NCBI GenBank assembly: GCA_022545545.1
Contig: JACZQV010000004.1
Location: forward strand, 1 to 38,299
DNA: 38,299 nucleotides
Direction of reading: 5' to 3'
Source of the DNA: Pseudomonadota bacterium
GTDB lineage: Bacteria > Pseudomonadota > Alphaproteobacteria > SMXQ01
Each line of letters starts with the position of its first letter. Position 1 is the stretch's first letter. The notes beneath the pieces were generated by a model that did no database searches, was not told the origin of the DNA, and was given only the letters and a program-made list of their open reading frames with translations. The translations under genes and the position numbers were made by a program. Below, one piece after another: positions 8,741 through 18,317 of the stretch.

Positions 8741-9015
8741 CTAGTACTTACTTTCATAGGAGGGTGACACATCTGACGGCCTTGCGGGTTCTCTCGGCTA
8801 GGAGCGTGGTCCGCCGTGATGCCGGGCGCATCACAAGGGCCGCGCGCCGCCGTCCGAAGGGCCCGCAAGGCCGCCCGAAGGGTCCGTTTTTCGCGGCCAC
8901 CGGAGGGCTCAAGCGCCGCTTGACGATGTCCGGAGAACGCCGGCGCGCCGCTTCCACCCCGGAGGCCGCGAAAAGACGATCATATGTATCACCCTCCTAT
9001 GAAAGTAGGTACTAG
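8741..9015. mobile_element. MITE-like element, copy 1 (275 bp including CTAG ends)
   Basis: Left CTAGTACTTACTTTCATAGGAGGGTGACACAT versus reverse complement of right end CTAGTACCTACTTTCATAGGAGGGTGATACAT (30/32 match); homologous copies at 11512 and 38089; no transposase. Confidence 0.85.
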
Positions 9016-9033
9016 TGGTCGCGGTGACGGTCG

Positions 9034-9786
9034 ATGACCCAGCACCCCAGAGTTCCGCCGGCGTATCGTCTGGTCGCACTGGCGCCGGACGCCGAGCTTA
9101 ATTCCAAGGCCCGGCAGATGGCCGCCGAGGGGGCCGAAGACGGCACCCTGCTTTGGCGCGCGCGCGACGACAGGCTCGACTGCGCCGTGATCCTGCACCC
9201 GGACGATGTCTTCGAGCGCGCCATGCTGGTCACTTACGTCGCTATGCTGGGGCTCAATGACGCCCTCGCCATCGTCGTGCCGCCGCTGACGGAAGTGACA
9301 TTGATCTGGCCGAACCGGGTCGACGCCAACGGCGCCCGCGTCGCGCGCATCGGCGTCGAACTGCCTGGGGACGCCACCGCCGGATCGGTTCCCGAGTGGC
9401 TGGTTCTCCTCGCCCATGCCAATGTCGCGCCGCCAACGGCCGGCGGCGACAAGATCGACCTCGAAGTCACCTCGCTTGTCGAGGAAGGCTGCCAGGACCT
9501 CACGGCCGGGGCCCTGTTGGAAGTTTTCGCCCGGCATTTCCTCAACTGGGTCAACCGCTGGCAGGATGACGGTTTCGATCCGATTCGGACCATGTGGCTG
9601 CGCCACGCGCCGGGTCACGGTGAAAAAATCGAGTTGGAGCTCGGAGGAGAGCGTATCTCCGGCACCTTCGGCGGCATCGACGACGACGGCGCCTTGTTGC
9701 TCGGCGGTGATGGCGCCGACCGGCCGATCGCGCTTCTCGCGGCGCTTTCAGCCATCGGACGGCGAGACGGGGTGGAGACGCCATGA
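9034..9786 (+). CDS. Biotin/lipoate-protein-ligase-like protein of FDH clusters (degenerate BPL fold)
   Basis: AEDGTLLW, LDCAVILHP, WPNRVDANGA, FARHFLNWVNRWQDDGF, GTFGGIDDDGALLL; lacks the GRGR motif. Confidence 0.8.
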   Translation: MTQHPRVPPAYRLVALAPDAELNSKARQMAAEGAEDGTLLWRARDDRLDCAVILHPDDVFERAMLVTYVAMLGLNDALAIVVPPLTEVTLIWPNRVDANGARVARIGVELPGDATAGSVPEWLVLLAHANVAPPTAGGDKIDLEVTSLVEEGCQDLTAGALLEVFARHFLNWVNRWQDDGFDPIRTMWLRHAPGHGEKIELELGGERISGTFGGIDDDGALLLGGDGADRPIALLAALSAIGRRDGVETP

Positions 9787-10751
9787 GGAAACCGCGATCG
9801 ATCACACCGGCCCTGGCGGCGTCGATGCTGTTGGCGGCCGTCCTCGCCTTACCGGTCCAGGCGGCGCCGATGGAGCACGACGCAATCGTCAACGTGCTCA
9901 CCTATTCGGCCGATGGCAAGACCATCCTTTCGGGCAGCTGGGACCAGACGCTGAGGCTGTGGGACGCCGCCACCGGCAAGGAGATCCGCCGCTTCGCCGG
10001 CCATGAAGGCTCGATCAACTCGGTCGCCTTCTCGCCGGACGGCAAGACCATCCTTTCGGGCAGCTGGGACCAGACGCTGAGGCTGTGGGACGTGGCCACC
10101 GGCAAGGAGCTCCGCACCTTCAACGGCCACATCAACAGCATCTACTCGGCGGTGTTCACGCCGCAAGGAAAGACGGTGTTATCCGCCAGTTGGGACCGCA
10201 CCGTGAAGGTCTGGGATACCGCTACCGGGGGTGTGATCCGCACCTTCGAAGACCACGGCGCCAACGTCAACTCGGTCGTCGTGACCCCCGATGGCCGTTT
10301 CGTGCTGTCCGTGGCCTACGATGCGACGATGTTTCTGTGGGAACTGGAAAGCGGGAGCGTGGTCAAGAGGTTCAACGGTCACGACTATTCCATCAACTCC
10401 GTGGCGCTTTCCCCCGATGGCGCTTGGGCCGCCTCGGCCAGCACGGATAAGACCATCAAGCTCTGGGACCTGGCCACCGGCGCCGAGATCCGCACCCTGG
10501 AAGGCCACGACCAATACGTCTCGCGCGTCGTCTTTTCGCCCGACGGCCGGCTCCTTCTTTCAGCCGGCGGTGACGGCACCGCCCGGCTCTGGGAGGTGGC
10601 ATCGGGACGGGAGGTGCATCGTTTTTTCAGGGGCCGCTTCCCGGTGTGGGCGGTCGCCTTTTCGCCCGACGGGCGGCGCGCGCTTACCGGCGGACACGAC
10701 CGCGTCATCCGGGTCTGGGACGTCGCCACCGGCAAGGAGGTGACGCCGTGA
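9783..10751 (+). CDS. Secreted WD40-repeat (about 7-bladed beta-propeller) protein
   Basis: Signal peptide (..PVQA-A); seven GH...SVAFSPDG...SGSWDQTLRLWD-type repeats; ATGA overlap with upstream gene. Confidence 0.9.
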   Translation: MRKPRSITPALAASMLLAAVLALPVQAAPMEHDAIVNVLTYSADGKTILSGSWDQTLRLWDAATGKEIRRFAGHEGSINSVAFSPDGKTILSGSWDQTLRLWDVATGKELRTFNGHINSIYSAVFTPQGKTVLSASWDRTVKVWDTATGGVIRTFEDHGANVNSVVVTPDGRFVLSVAYDATMFLWELESGSVVKRFNGHDYSINSVALSPDGAWAASASTDKTIKLWDLATGAEIRTLEGHDQYVSRVVFSPDGRLLLSAGGDGTARLWEVASGREVHRFFRGRFPVWAVAFSPDGRRALTGGHDRVIRVWDVATGKEVTP

Positions 10752-10807
10752 GGGCAAGGCGCGCGCCGGCGCCCTTGATTCGGTTGGAGGAGGAATTGGG
10801 CGGCGGG

Positions 10808-10924
10808 TCAGTCGAGACGGACGCTGCCTATCGCAAGGAATCCTTGATCCAGGCTGGTCATGACCACCCCGGCCACGACGCCGATGCAGATGCACGCGGC
10901 GACGGCCCAAATGAATGCTTTCAT
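10808..10924 (-). CDS. Small membrane peptide (38 aa)
   Basis: Below the ORF-track cutoff; MKAFIWAVAACICIGVVAGVVMTSLDQGFLAIGSVRLD*, with GGGG 7 nt before ATG; single hydrophobic helix; fills the intergenic gap. Confidence 0.6.
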   Translation of the reverse strand: MKAFIWAVAACICIGVVAGVVMTSLDQGFLAIGSVRLD

Positions 10925-11020
10925 CGCGCAACCCCGTTATCGATGAGGCTGGAGTGTAGCACGTGGACGGCCCCCTGACCAGCCTGCCTGGAGAGGCCAC
11001 CGGAGAGGCCGAGGGACGCC

Positions 11021-11503
11021 ATGCGCTTTCCGCGCGCCATACGGTTTGACGAATCGGACACCCGGATCTTCGAGCGCGCCGCTTCACCGGGGGAGTGGGC
11101 CATCCCCGGAACCTTCGTCTTCGCCGACGCCGACCCGGAGACCCTCACCGGCAAGGTCCGCCAGGCCTTCGCTTACGGCTTCTTGGCTATCGGCAGCTTC
11201 GGCTGGTCGACCTTCGTCGAGGTCGATAACATCAGCGAGGCCGCCTACGAGGCCACCCTCGAGGTCCTCGCCGGGTATCTGCTCGCCCACTTCGGTGCCC
11301 CCGACCGCGAGGCGGCGCTAAGCGCGGCCCGGGCGGAGGCCGAGTACGCCGCCGGCTTGTGCGAGCACGAGCGGCGCACGCTGCTGGCGGTCGAGCGCTC
11401 ATTCGGCGAGGACGGCATCGTCGAGCGCTTCAAGGTCATCCACGGGACCTCCGACCCGGACCATCCCCAAGCCTGGACGATGACCGGGGACGGCGACGCT
11501 TGA
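11021..11503 (+). CDS. DUF6505-like FDH-cluster protein
   Basis: RAIRFDESDTRIFERAASPGEWAIPGTFVF, QAFAYGFL...FGWSTFVEV, HFGAPDREAA; GAGGGA RBS. Confidence 0.75.
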   Translation: MRFPRAIRFDESDTRIFERAASPGEWAIPGTFVFADADPETLTGKVRQAFAYGFLAIGSFGWSTFVEVDNISEAAYEATLEVLAGYLLAHFGAPDREAALSAARAEAEYAAGLCEHERRTLLAVERSFGEDGIVERFKVIHGTSDPDHPQAWTMTGDGDA

Positions 11504-11511
11504 GGGGTCAC

Positions 11512-11784
11512 TTAGTCCTTACTTTCATAGAAGGGTGCGACATATGATCGTCTTTTCGCGGCCTCCGGGGTGGAGGCGTCGCGCCGGCGTTCTCTGGACA
11601 TCGTCAAGCGGCGGTGACGCCCTCCGGTGGCCGCGAAAAGCGACCCTGCGGGCGGCCTTGCAGGCCCTTACGCTCACCTCGCGCGGCCCTTGTGATGCGC
11701 CCCCATCACGGCGGACCACGCTCCGGGCCTGAAGAACCCGCAAGGCCGTCGGATGTGTCACCCTCCTATGAAAGTAAGTACTAG
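11512..11784. mobile_element. MITE-like element, copy 2 (opposite orientation to copy 1)
   Basis: TTAGTCCTTACTTTCATAGAAGGGTG ... CACCCTCCTATGAAAGTAAGTACTAG; internal sequence is the reverse complement homolog of 8741-9015. Confidence 0.85.
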
Positions 11785-11869
11785 GGCGGCTCCGCCACGG
11801 CATCCACTTTCACGCCTCTCCCGGCCGGGAGTACTAGGCCGCCGGCCCTTTGCGCGGTATCCTTCGGCC

Positions 11870-12883
11870 ATGGATGATTTCTGGCGGTCCTCGGGATTTC
11901 ACCTGCTGGAGCGGGACGGCGACGGCAACATGGCCGTGACCGACGGGTTCCTGCGGGCGTATTTACGAAGGCCGGAGATGGAACCGGTGGCGGAATCCTG
12001 TGAAGCCGAAATCGCGCTCCATAAGGATTTGCTCGCCAACCCCAGGCTTGCGGTCGAGGCCGGGCGCATCGGGGCGCTTGCCGACGCCGACGCGCGCGAG
12101 AACTACGAGGTCGTTCTCGCCTTCCGCGATCTGCTTCTCGAAGCGGGAACGGTCGAGGGGTGCTATCTCAACCTCTTCCGGAAGGGGCGGGTGACGGTGC
12201 CGCCGCTGTTCATCCAACAGATGACCCGCGTGATCCTGCGCAACATCCTCGAGGGCTGCTCCGATCCCATCCGCCTGAGGGCGGCGGAGCTGTTTTTCCG
12301 CGGCCAGATGGTCGGCCTGCATGAGGGCGCCATCATGCTGGCCGACGAGGAGACCGTGGAGATGGCGAATGTCACCGGCGGCTTCGGCAATCTCGGCCGC
12401 TTGCTGGCCGACGCCCAGATCCCGACGCAAAGCGTCGAGCTCGACGTGCTGAACGAGGACAACGGCGCGCTCTATTGGCAACGCGACGAGGACCACGATA
12501 CCGTGCTCGACTTCAGTTTCGGGCGCGCCGGACAGGACCGGCTGTGCCGCGTGCTCGAGGCCTGGGTCGACCATTTCACCGGCGCCGGCGTCGAAATCGA
12601 GCCGGTGGAGGAGATCAACGACGAACGCTGGACCTGGCATGTCGGGCTCGACGCCGAGGCGACGGCCATCCTCAACGATCTCTATGAGGGCAAGGAACTT
12701 ACCGACGAACGCCGCCGTCAACTGATCACCTTGTTCCGCCTCGAATTCAAGGATTCCGCCCTGGTGCGCCCGGACCTCGCCGGCAAGCCGGTCTATCTCG
12801 GCCTGGCGATGGACGGGGACAATCTGTTGCGGCTCAAGCCCCAGAACCTGCTAGTCAACCTGCCGCTCGCCGATTCGGCCTGA
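11870..12883 (+). CDS. DUF6352-like FDH-cluster protein (337 aa)
   Basis: MDDFWRSSGFHLL, FLRAYLRRPEM, WTWHVGLDAEATAILNDLY, KPQNLLVNLPL; the upstream part of ORF 11753 is MITE-derived. Confidence 0.78.
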   Translation: MDDFWRSSGFHLLERDGDGNMAVTDGFLRAYLRRPEMEPVAESCEAEIALHKDLLANPRLAVEAGRIGALADADARENYEVVLAFRDLLLEAGTVEGCYLNLFRKGRVTVPPLFIQQMTRVILRNILEGCSDPIRLRAAELFFRGQMVGLHEGAIMLADEETVEMANVTGGFGNLGRLLADAQIPTQSVELDVLNEDNGALYWQRDEDHDTVLDFSFGRAGQDRLCRVLEAWVDHFTGAGVEIEPVEEINDERWTWHVGLDAEATAILNDLYEGKELTDERRRQLITLFRLEFKDSALVRPDLAGKPVYLGLAMDGDNLLRLKPQNLLVNLPLADSA

Positions 12884-12977
12884 AGCCGAGCCCGGCGCCA
12901 AAGTGGTGCCGACAGAGGCCGCCGCCGCCGTGGCGCGGCCTGCCGGGCTGGCGCCGGCCTCGCGGTCTGGTAACATC

Positions 12978-13016
12978 CGCCCCCGGAGATCGCCCCCGGA
13001 GATCGGGCCCGGGGAT
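12978..13016 (+). repeat. 13-bp tandem repeat x3
   Basis: CGCCCCCGGAGAT CGCCCCCGGAGAT CGGGCCCGGGGAT in the intergenic region before the AKR gene. Confidence 0.7.
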
Positions 13017-13043
13017 CGGCAAAGAACGGGAAGGCATGAAACG

Positions 13044-14033
<990 letters not shown>

Positions 14034-14271
14034 GAAGGCCCGCTGGTCCCGGCAAGGAGAGGGTCGGCGGGGGGAGGGCGCTCGGCTCCTAAACCTTCCC
14101 TAAACCCATGGCCCGCGCTTCGGAGCGGGAAATCCGGGCGAGTGGCGTTACCGGCCAAGCTTCGCTGTACAAATGCCTGATTCCTTGGCAAAACAGGAGT
14201 GCTCGGAGCAAAGAAGCCGATTGGCGAACCGTCCGCTCCATGACAGCGGGCGGGCATCGAGGGAGATCGAG

Positions 14272-15639
14272 ATGGACCCGAGAAAGGTGACCGACGCCGC
14301 CGGCGCCCGCGAGATCGTGGAAAAGCGCAAGCTCAGCCACGTCAAGGTCGGCCTGTTCGATGTCGACGGCGTCATGCGCGGCAAGTACATGTCGGCGGCT
14401 AAGTTCTTCTCGGCCCTCGATGGCGGCTTCGGTTTCTGTGACGTGGTGCTGGGCTGGGATTCCCACGATCAGCTTTACGACAACGTCACCTATACCGGCT
14501 GGCACACGGGCTACCCGGACGCGCCGGTCCGCATATTGCCGGAAAGCTGCCGCGACATCCCGTTCGAGGACGGCACCCTGTTCTTCCTTTGCGAGTTCGC
14601 GCCACCGGCCGACAAGCTTTGCCCCAGAGGCGTGCTGCGCCGGGTGATCGAGCGTTGCCGCCACATGGGCTTCGAGCCCTACGCCGGCTTCGAGTACGAA
14701 TTCTTCCTCTTCGACGAGACGCCGCATTCGGCGCGGGAGAAGCACTACCGTAACCTCAAGCCCATGTCGCCCGGCTTCTTCGGCTATTCGGTGCTGCGCA
14801 ACACGGTGCACGCGGATTTCTACCGCGAGCTTCTCGGCACCTGCGAGGGCATGGATTTCGGTCTCGAGGCCCTGCACGAGGAGACCGGACCCGGCGTGCT
14901 CGAGGCGGCGATCGCGGTCGATGGCGGCGAGGCATCGGCGGACAAGGCGGCGCTGTTCAAGACCTTCACCAAGGTGATGGCACAACGCAACGGCCTGATG
15001 GCCACCTTCATGGCCAAGTGGTCGCCCGACTGGCCCGGCCAGAGCGGCCATATCCACCTGTCGCTCAAAGGTAAGAACGGAAAGCCGGCCTTCTACGACG
15101 CCAAGGCGCCCGACAATATCTCCGACACCATGCGCCACTTCATCGGCGGCCAGCAGAAGCTGATGGGGGAGTTGCTGTCGATGATCGCGCCGACGGTCAA
15201 TTCCTTCACCCGGCTGATCCCCGGCTTCTGGGCGCCGACCGAGGCCAGTTGGGGGGTGGACAACCGCACCTGCGCGCTCCGTGCGATCTGCGGCTCGGAG
15301 AAGGCCCAAAGGGTCGAGTACCGCATCGCCGCCGCCGACGCCAATCCCTACATCGCCTACGCCGCGGCCCTGGCGTCGGGCCTTTGGGGGATAGAGACCA
15401 AGGCCGAGCCCGAGGCGCCGGTCGTGGGCAGCGCTTACGACAAGAAGTTCCCGAAGCGCCTGGCCTTTCCGGCGACCCTGTGGGAGGCGGCCCAGCGTCT
15501 CAAATCCTCGAAGGTGGCGCGCGAGTGGTTCGGCGATGACTTCGTCGAGCATTACGCCGCCTCGCGCGAGTGGGAGGAGCGGGAATTCCGCAAGCACATC
15601 ACCGACTGGGAGATGGAGCGCTACTTTGAGATCATCTGA
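14272..15639 (+). CDS. Glutamine synthetase-like gamma-glutamylamide synthetase
   Basis: DVDGVMRGK, GFEYEFFL, HEETGPGVLE, GQSGHIHLS, WGVDNRT, RVEYR; context with ALDH and Fe-ADH suggests amine glutamylation rather than housekeeping GlnA. Confidence 0.88.
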   Translation: MDPRKVTDAAGAREIVEKRKLSHVKVGLFDVDGVMRGKYMSAAKFFSALDGGFGFCDVVLGWDSHDQLYDNVTYTGWHTGYPDAPVRILPESCRDIPFEDGTLFFLCEFAPPADKLCPRGVLRRVIERCRHMGFEPYAGFEYEFFLFDETPHSAREKHYRNLKPMSPGFFGYSVLRNTVHADFYRELLGTCEGMDFGLEALHEETGPGVLEAAIAVDGGEASADKAALFKTFTKVMAQRNGLMATFMAKWSPDWPGQSGHIHLSLKGKNGKPAFYDAKAPDNISDTMRHFIGGQQKLMGELLSMIAPTVNSFTRLIPGFWAPTEASWGVDNRTCALRAICGSEKAQRVEYRIAAADANPYIAYAAALASGLWGIETKAEPEAPVVGSAYDKKFPKRLAFPATLWEAAQRLKSSKVAREWFGDDFVEHYAASREWEEREFRKHITDWEMERYFEII

Positions 15640-15687
15640 GGACGAGTCGCCCGCCGGGCTCTTGGCCCGGCGATAGAGAGACGGCCC

Positions 15688-17079
15688 ATGTCCGGGAAAT
15701 TCAGCACCATCACGCCGGTCGACGGCAGCGTTTACCTCGAACGCCCCTTCGCCGACGAGGCCGGGATCGCCGATGCCCTGACGCGCGCGGCCGACGCGCA
15801 GGCCAGCTGGAAGCACGTGCCGGTGGCGGCCCGCGCGGGGTATTGTTCGGCCGCCGTCGACGCCTTCGTCGCCAAGGGCGCGGCCATCGCCGAGGAAATC
15901 AGTTGGCAGATGGGCCGCCCCATCCGCTTCGCGCCGGGCGAAGTGCGCGGGTTCGAGGAGCGCGCGCGTTACATGATCGCCGCCGCGGCCGATGCCCTCG
16001 CCGATCTCGGGATCGAACCGAAGGACGGCTTCACCCGCTTCATCCGCCACCAGCCGCTGGGCGTCGTCTTCACCATCGCGCCCTGGAACTACCCCTACCT
16101 TACGGCGGTCAACTCGGTCATCCCGGCGATCATGGCGGGGAACGCGGTGATCCTGAAGCATTCCTCCCAGACGCCGCTTGCGGCGGAGCGCATGGCCGAG
16201 GCCTTCTCAGGCGCCGGTCTGCCCGAGGGTGTCTTCCAGTACCTCCATCTCGATCACGCCCAGGCCGAGAGGATGATCGGCGCCGATGGTATCGATTTCG
16301 TCGCCTTCACCGGCTCGGTCCCCGGCGGGCGGAGGGTGGAGACGGCCGCCGCCGGGCGTTTCATCGGCGTCGGCCTCGAGCTCGGCGGCAAGGATCCGGC
16401 CTATGTGCGCGCCGATTCCGACCTCGATCATGCGATCGAGAATCTGGTCGACGGGGCGTTCTTCAACTCGGGCCAGTCCTGCTGCGCCGTCGAGCGCATC
16501 TACGCCCACGTCGATATCCATGACCGCTTCGTCGACGGCTTCGCGGAACGGACCCGCGCATACGTCCTCGGCGATCCGCTTGACCGCGCCACGACGCTCG
16601 GTCCGATGGTGCGGGCGGCCGCCGCCGATCATGTGCGGGGGCAGATCGCCGACGCCGTCGCGGCGGGCGCCAAGGCGCTGATCGATCCCGGCGGCTTCGC
16701 CAGCGACAAGGAAGGGACGCCCTATCTCGCGCCCCAGGTGCTGATAGATGTCGATCACTCCATGGCGGTGATGCGCGAGGAGACTTTCGGCCCCGTCGCC
16801 GGCATCATGAAGGTGAGCTCCGACGAGGAAGCGGTCACACTGATGAACGACAGCCCCTATGGTCTCACCGCCTCGATCTGGACGACGGACGAGGAAGCGG
16901 CCATCGGCATCGGCGATCGGGTCGAGGTCGGCACCTGGTTCATGAACCGCTGCGATACTCTCGACCCGGCGCTGGCATGGACCGGGGTCAAGGATTCGGG
17001 ACGCGGCTGTGCCCTCTCATCCATCGCTTACGGGCACCTGACCCGCCCCAAGTCGTTCCACTTGCGCACCGCCCTCTAG
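15688..17079 (+). CDS. Aldehyde dehydrogenase
   Basis: PWNYP, FTGS, LELGGKDP, NSGQSCCA, EETFGP. Confidence 0.93.
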   Translation: MSGKFSTITPVDGSVYLERPFADEAGIADALTRAADAQASWKHVPVAARAGYCSAAVDAFVAKGAAIAEEISWQMGRPIRFAPGEVRGFEERARYMIAAAADALADLGIEPKDGFTRFIRHQPLGVVFTIAPWNYPYLTAVNSVIPAIMAGNAVILKHSSQTPLAAERMAEAFSGAGLPEGVFQYLHLDHAQAERMIGADGIDFVAFTGSVPGGRRVETAAAGRFIGVGLELGGKDPAYVRADSDLDHAIENLVDGAFFNSGQSCCAVERIYAHVDIHDRFVDGFAERTRAYVLGDPLDRATTLGPMVRAAAADHVRGQIADAVAAGAKALIDPGGFASDKEGTPYLAPQVLIDVDHSMAVMREETFGPVAGIMKVSSDEEAVTLMNDSPYGLTASIWTTDEEAAIGIGDRVEVGTWFMNRCDTLDPALAWTGVKDSGRGCALSSIAYGHLTRPKSFHLRTAL

Positions 17080-17113
17080 CGGCGTATCGGACGGGAAGAG
17101 GGGAGCGAACGCC

Positions 17114-18292
17114 ATGGCCAACGGCAACACCGGACTCAGGGGCGATTGGGCCTATCCGACCCAGTTCCGCTTCGGCGCCGGACGGATCGCCGAACTGGCC
17201 GAGGCGTGCCAATCCCTTGGCATGAAGCGCCCCCTGCTCATCACCGATGCCGGCCTCGCCGCCCTTCCCATGGTCGCCGACGCGGTGAAGATCTGTGAAG
17301 CCGCGGGCCTCGGCGTTGGCGTCTTCTCGGACGTCAAGCCCAACCCGACGGGCGGCAACGTCGCCACCGGCGTCGACGCCTACCGCTCGGGCGGCCATGA
17401 CGGCGTCATCGCCTTTGGCGGCGGCAGCGGGATTGACGCCGGCAAGGCGGTGGCCTTCATGATCGCCCAGGACCGCCCGGCCTGGGACTTCGAGGATGTC
17501 GGCGATAACTGGACCCGCGCCAATACGCAAGGCCTGGCCCCGGTGGTGGCGGTGCCGACGACGGCGGGAACGGGGTCGGAGACCGGGCGCGCCGCGGTGC
17601 TGCTTTGCGAGGAGACCGGGACCAAGAAGATCATCTTCCATCCGAAGATGATGCCGGGCGTCATCATCGCCGATCCGGCGCTGACCCTTACGCTTCCGCC
17701 CCGGATCACGGCGGCGACGGGGATGGACGCGCTCGCCCACAGCTTCGAGGCGTTCGCGGCGCCCGGTTTCCATCCCATGGCCGACGGCATCGCCTTGGAG
17801 GCCATGCGCCTGATCAAGGAATGGCTGCCGATGGCCTATGGCGACGGCCGGAACCTTGCGGCGAGGAGCCACATGATGGCGGCGGCCAGCATGGGGGCGG
17901 TCGCCTTCCAGAAGGGGCTCGGCGCCGTCCATTCCCTGAGCCACCCCGTCGGCGCGCTCTATGACACCCACCACGGGCTGACCAACGCCGTGTTCCTGCC
18001 CTATGTCTGCGTCTTCAACCGCGCCGCGATCGAGGGCAAGATGGCGCGTCTCGCCCGCTGCCTGGCATTGGATGAACCTTCCTTCGACGCCGTGCTCGAT
18101 TGGCTGTTGCGCCTGCGCGAGACCTTGGACATCCCGCCGACGGCGAAGGATCTCGGCGTCGAGGAGGGCCGCCTTCCGGAACTGGCCGAAATGGCGGCCA
18201 AGGATCCGACCGCCGCCACCAACCCGGTCCCGGCCGGGCCTGAGGAGATGCTTTCGATCTATCGCGCGGCGTTCGAAGGAAGGCTGGAGTAA
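17114..18292 (+). CDS. Iron-containing alcohol dehydrogenase
   Basis: GGGSGIDAGK, VPTTAGTGSE, DALAHSFE, HSLSH...HHGLTN. Confidence 0.93.
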   Translation: MANGNTGLRGDWAYPTQFRFGAGRIAELAEACQSLGMKRPLLITDAGLAALPMVADAVKICEAAGLGVGVFSDVKPNPTGGNVATGVDAYRSGGHDGVIAFGGGSGIDAGKAVAFMIAQDRPAWDFEDVGDNWTRANTQGLAPVVAVPTTAGTGSETGRAAVLLCEETGTKKIIFHPKMMPGVIIADPALTLTLPPRITAATGMDALAHSFEAFAAPGFHPMADGIALEAMRLIKEWLPMAYGDGRNLAARSHMMAAASMGAVAFQKGLGAVHSLSHPVGALYDTHHGLTNAVFLPYVCVFNRAAIEGKMARLARCLALDEPSFDAVLDWLLRLRETLDIPPTAKDLGVEEGRLPELAEMAAKDPTAATNPVPAGPEEMLSIYRAAFEGRLE

Positions 18293-18317
18293 GCCCGAAA
18301 AGCTGGCGCAGGACTGC

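Noticed and set aside
8754-9015. Short ORFs within MITE copies (8764-9015, 11535-11732, 11525-11803) as transposase or toxin
   Set aside because: Too short, frames not conserved between copies, no DDE or HUH motifs.
8741-11784. Composite transposon or CRISPR formed by repeat copies 1 and 2
   Set aside because: The enclosed genes look like native FDH-cluster genes, the copies are diverged from each other, and there is no repeat-spacer periodicity or cas gene.
11753-11869. N-terminal extensions in the ORF track (11753, 12903, 14173, 18003, 6397, 8263, 34017)
   Set aside because: They derive from MITE, intergenic or overlapping sequence; family-like sequence and, in most cases, an RBS begin at the downstream ATGs reported.
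14221-14238. Sigma54 promoter before the GS-like gene (TTGGCGAACCGTCCGCT)
   Set aside because: GG-N10-GC spacing fits but flanks are far from TGGCAC/TTGC; expected by chance in GC-rich DNA.
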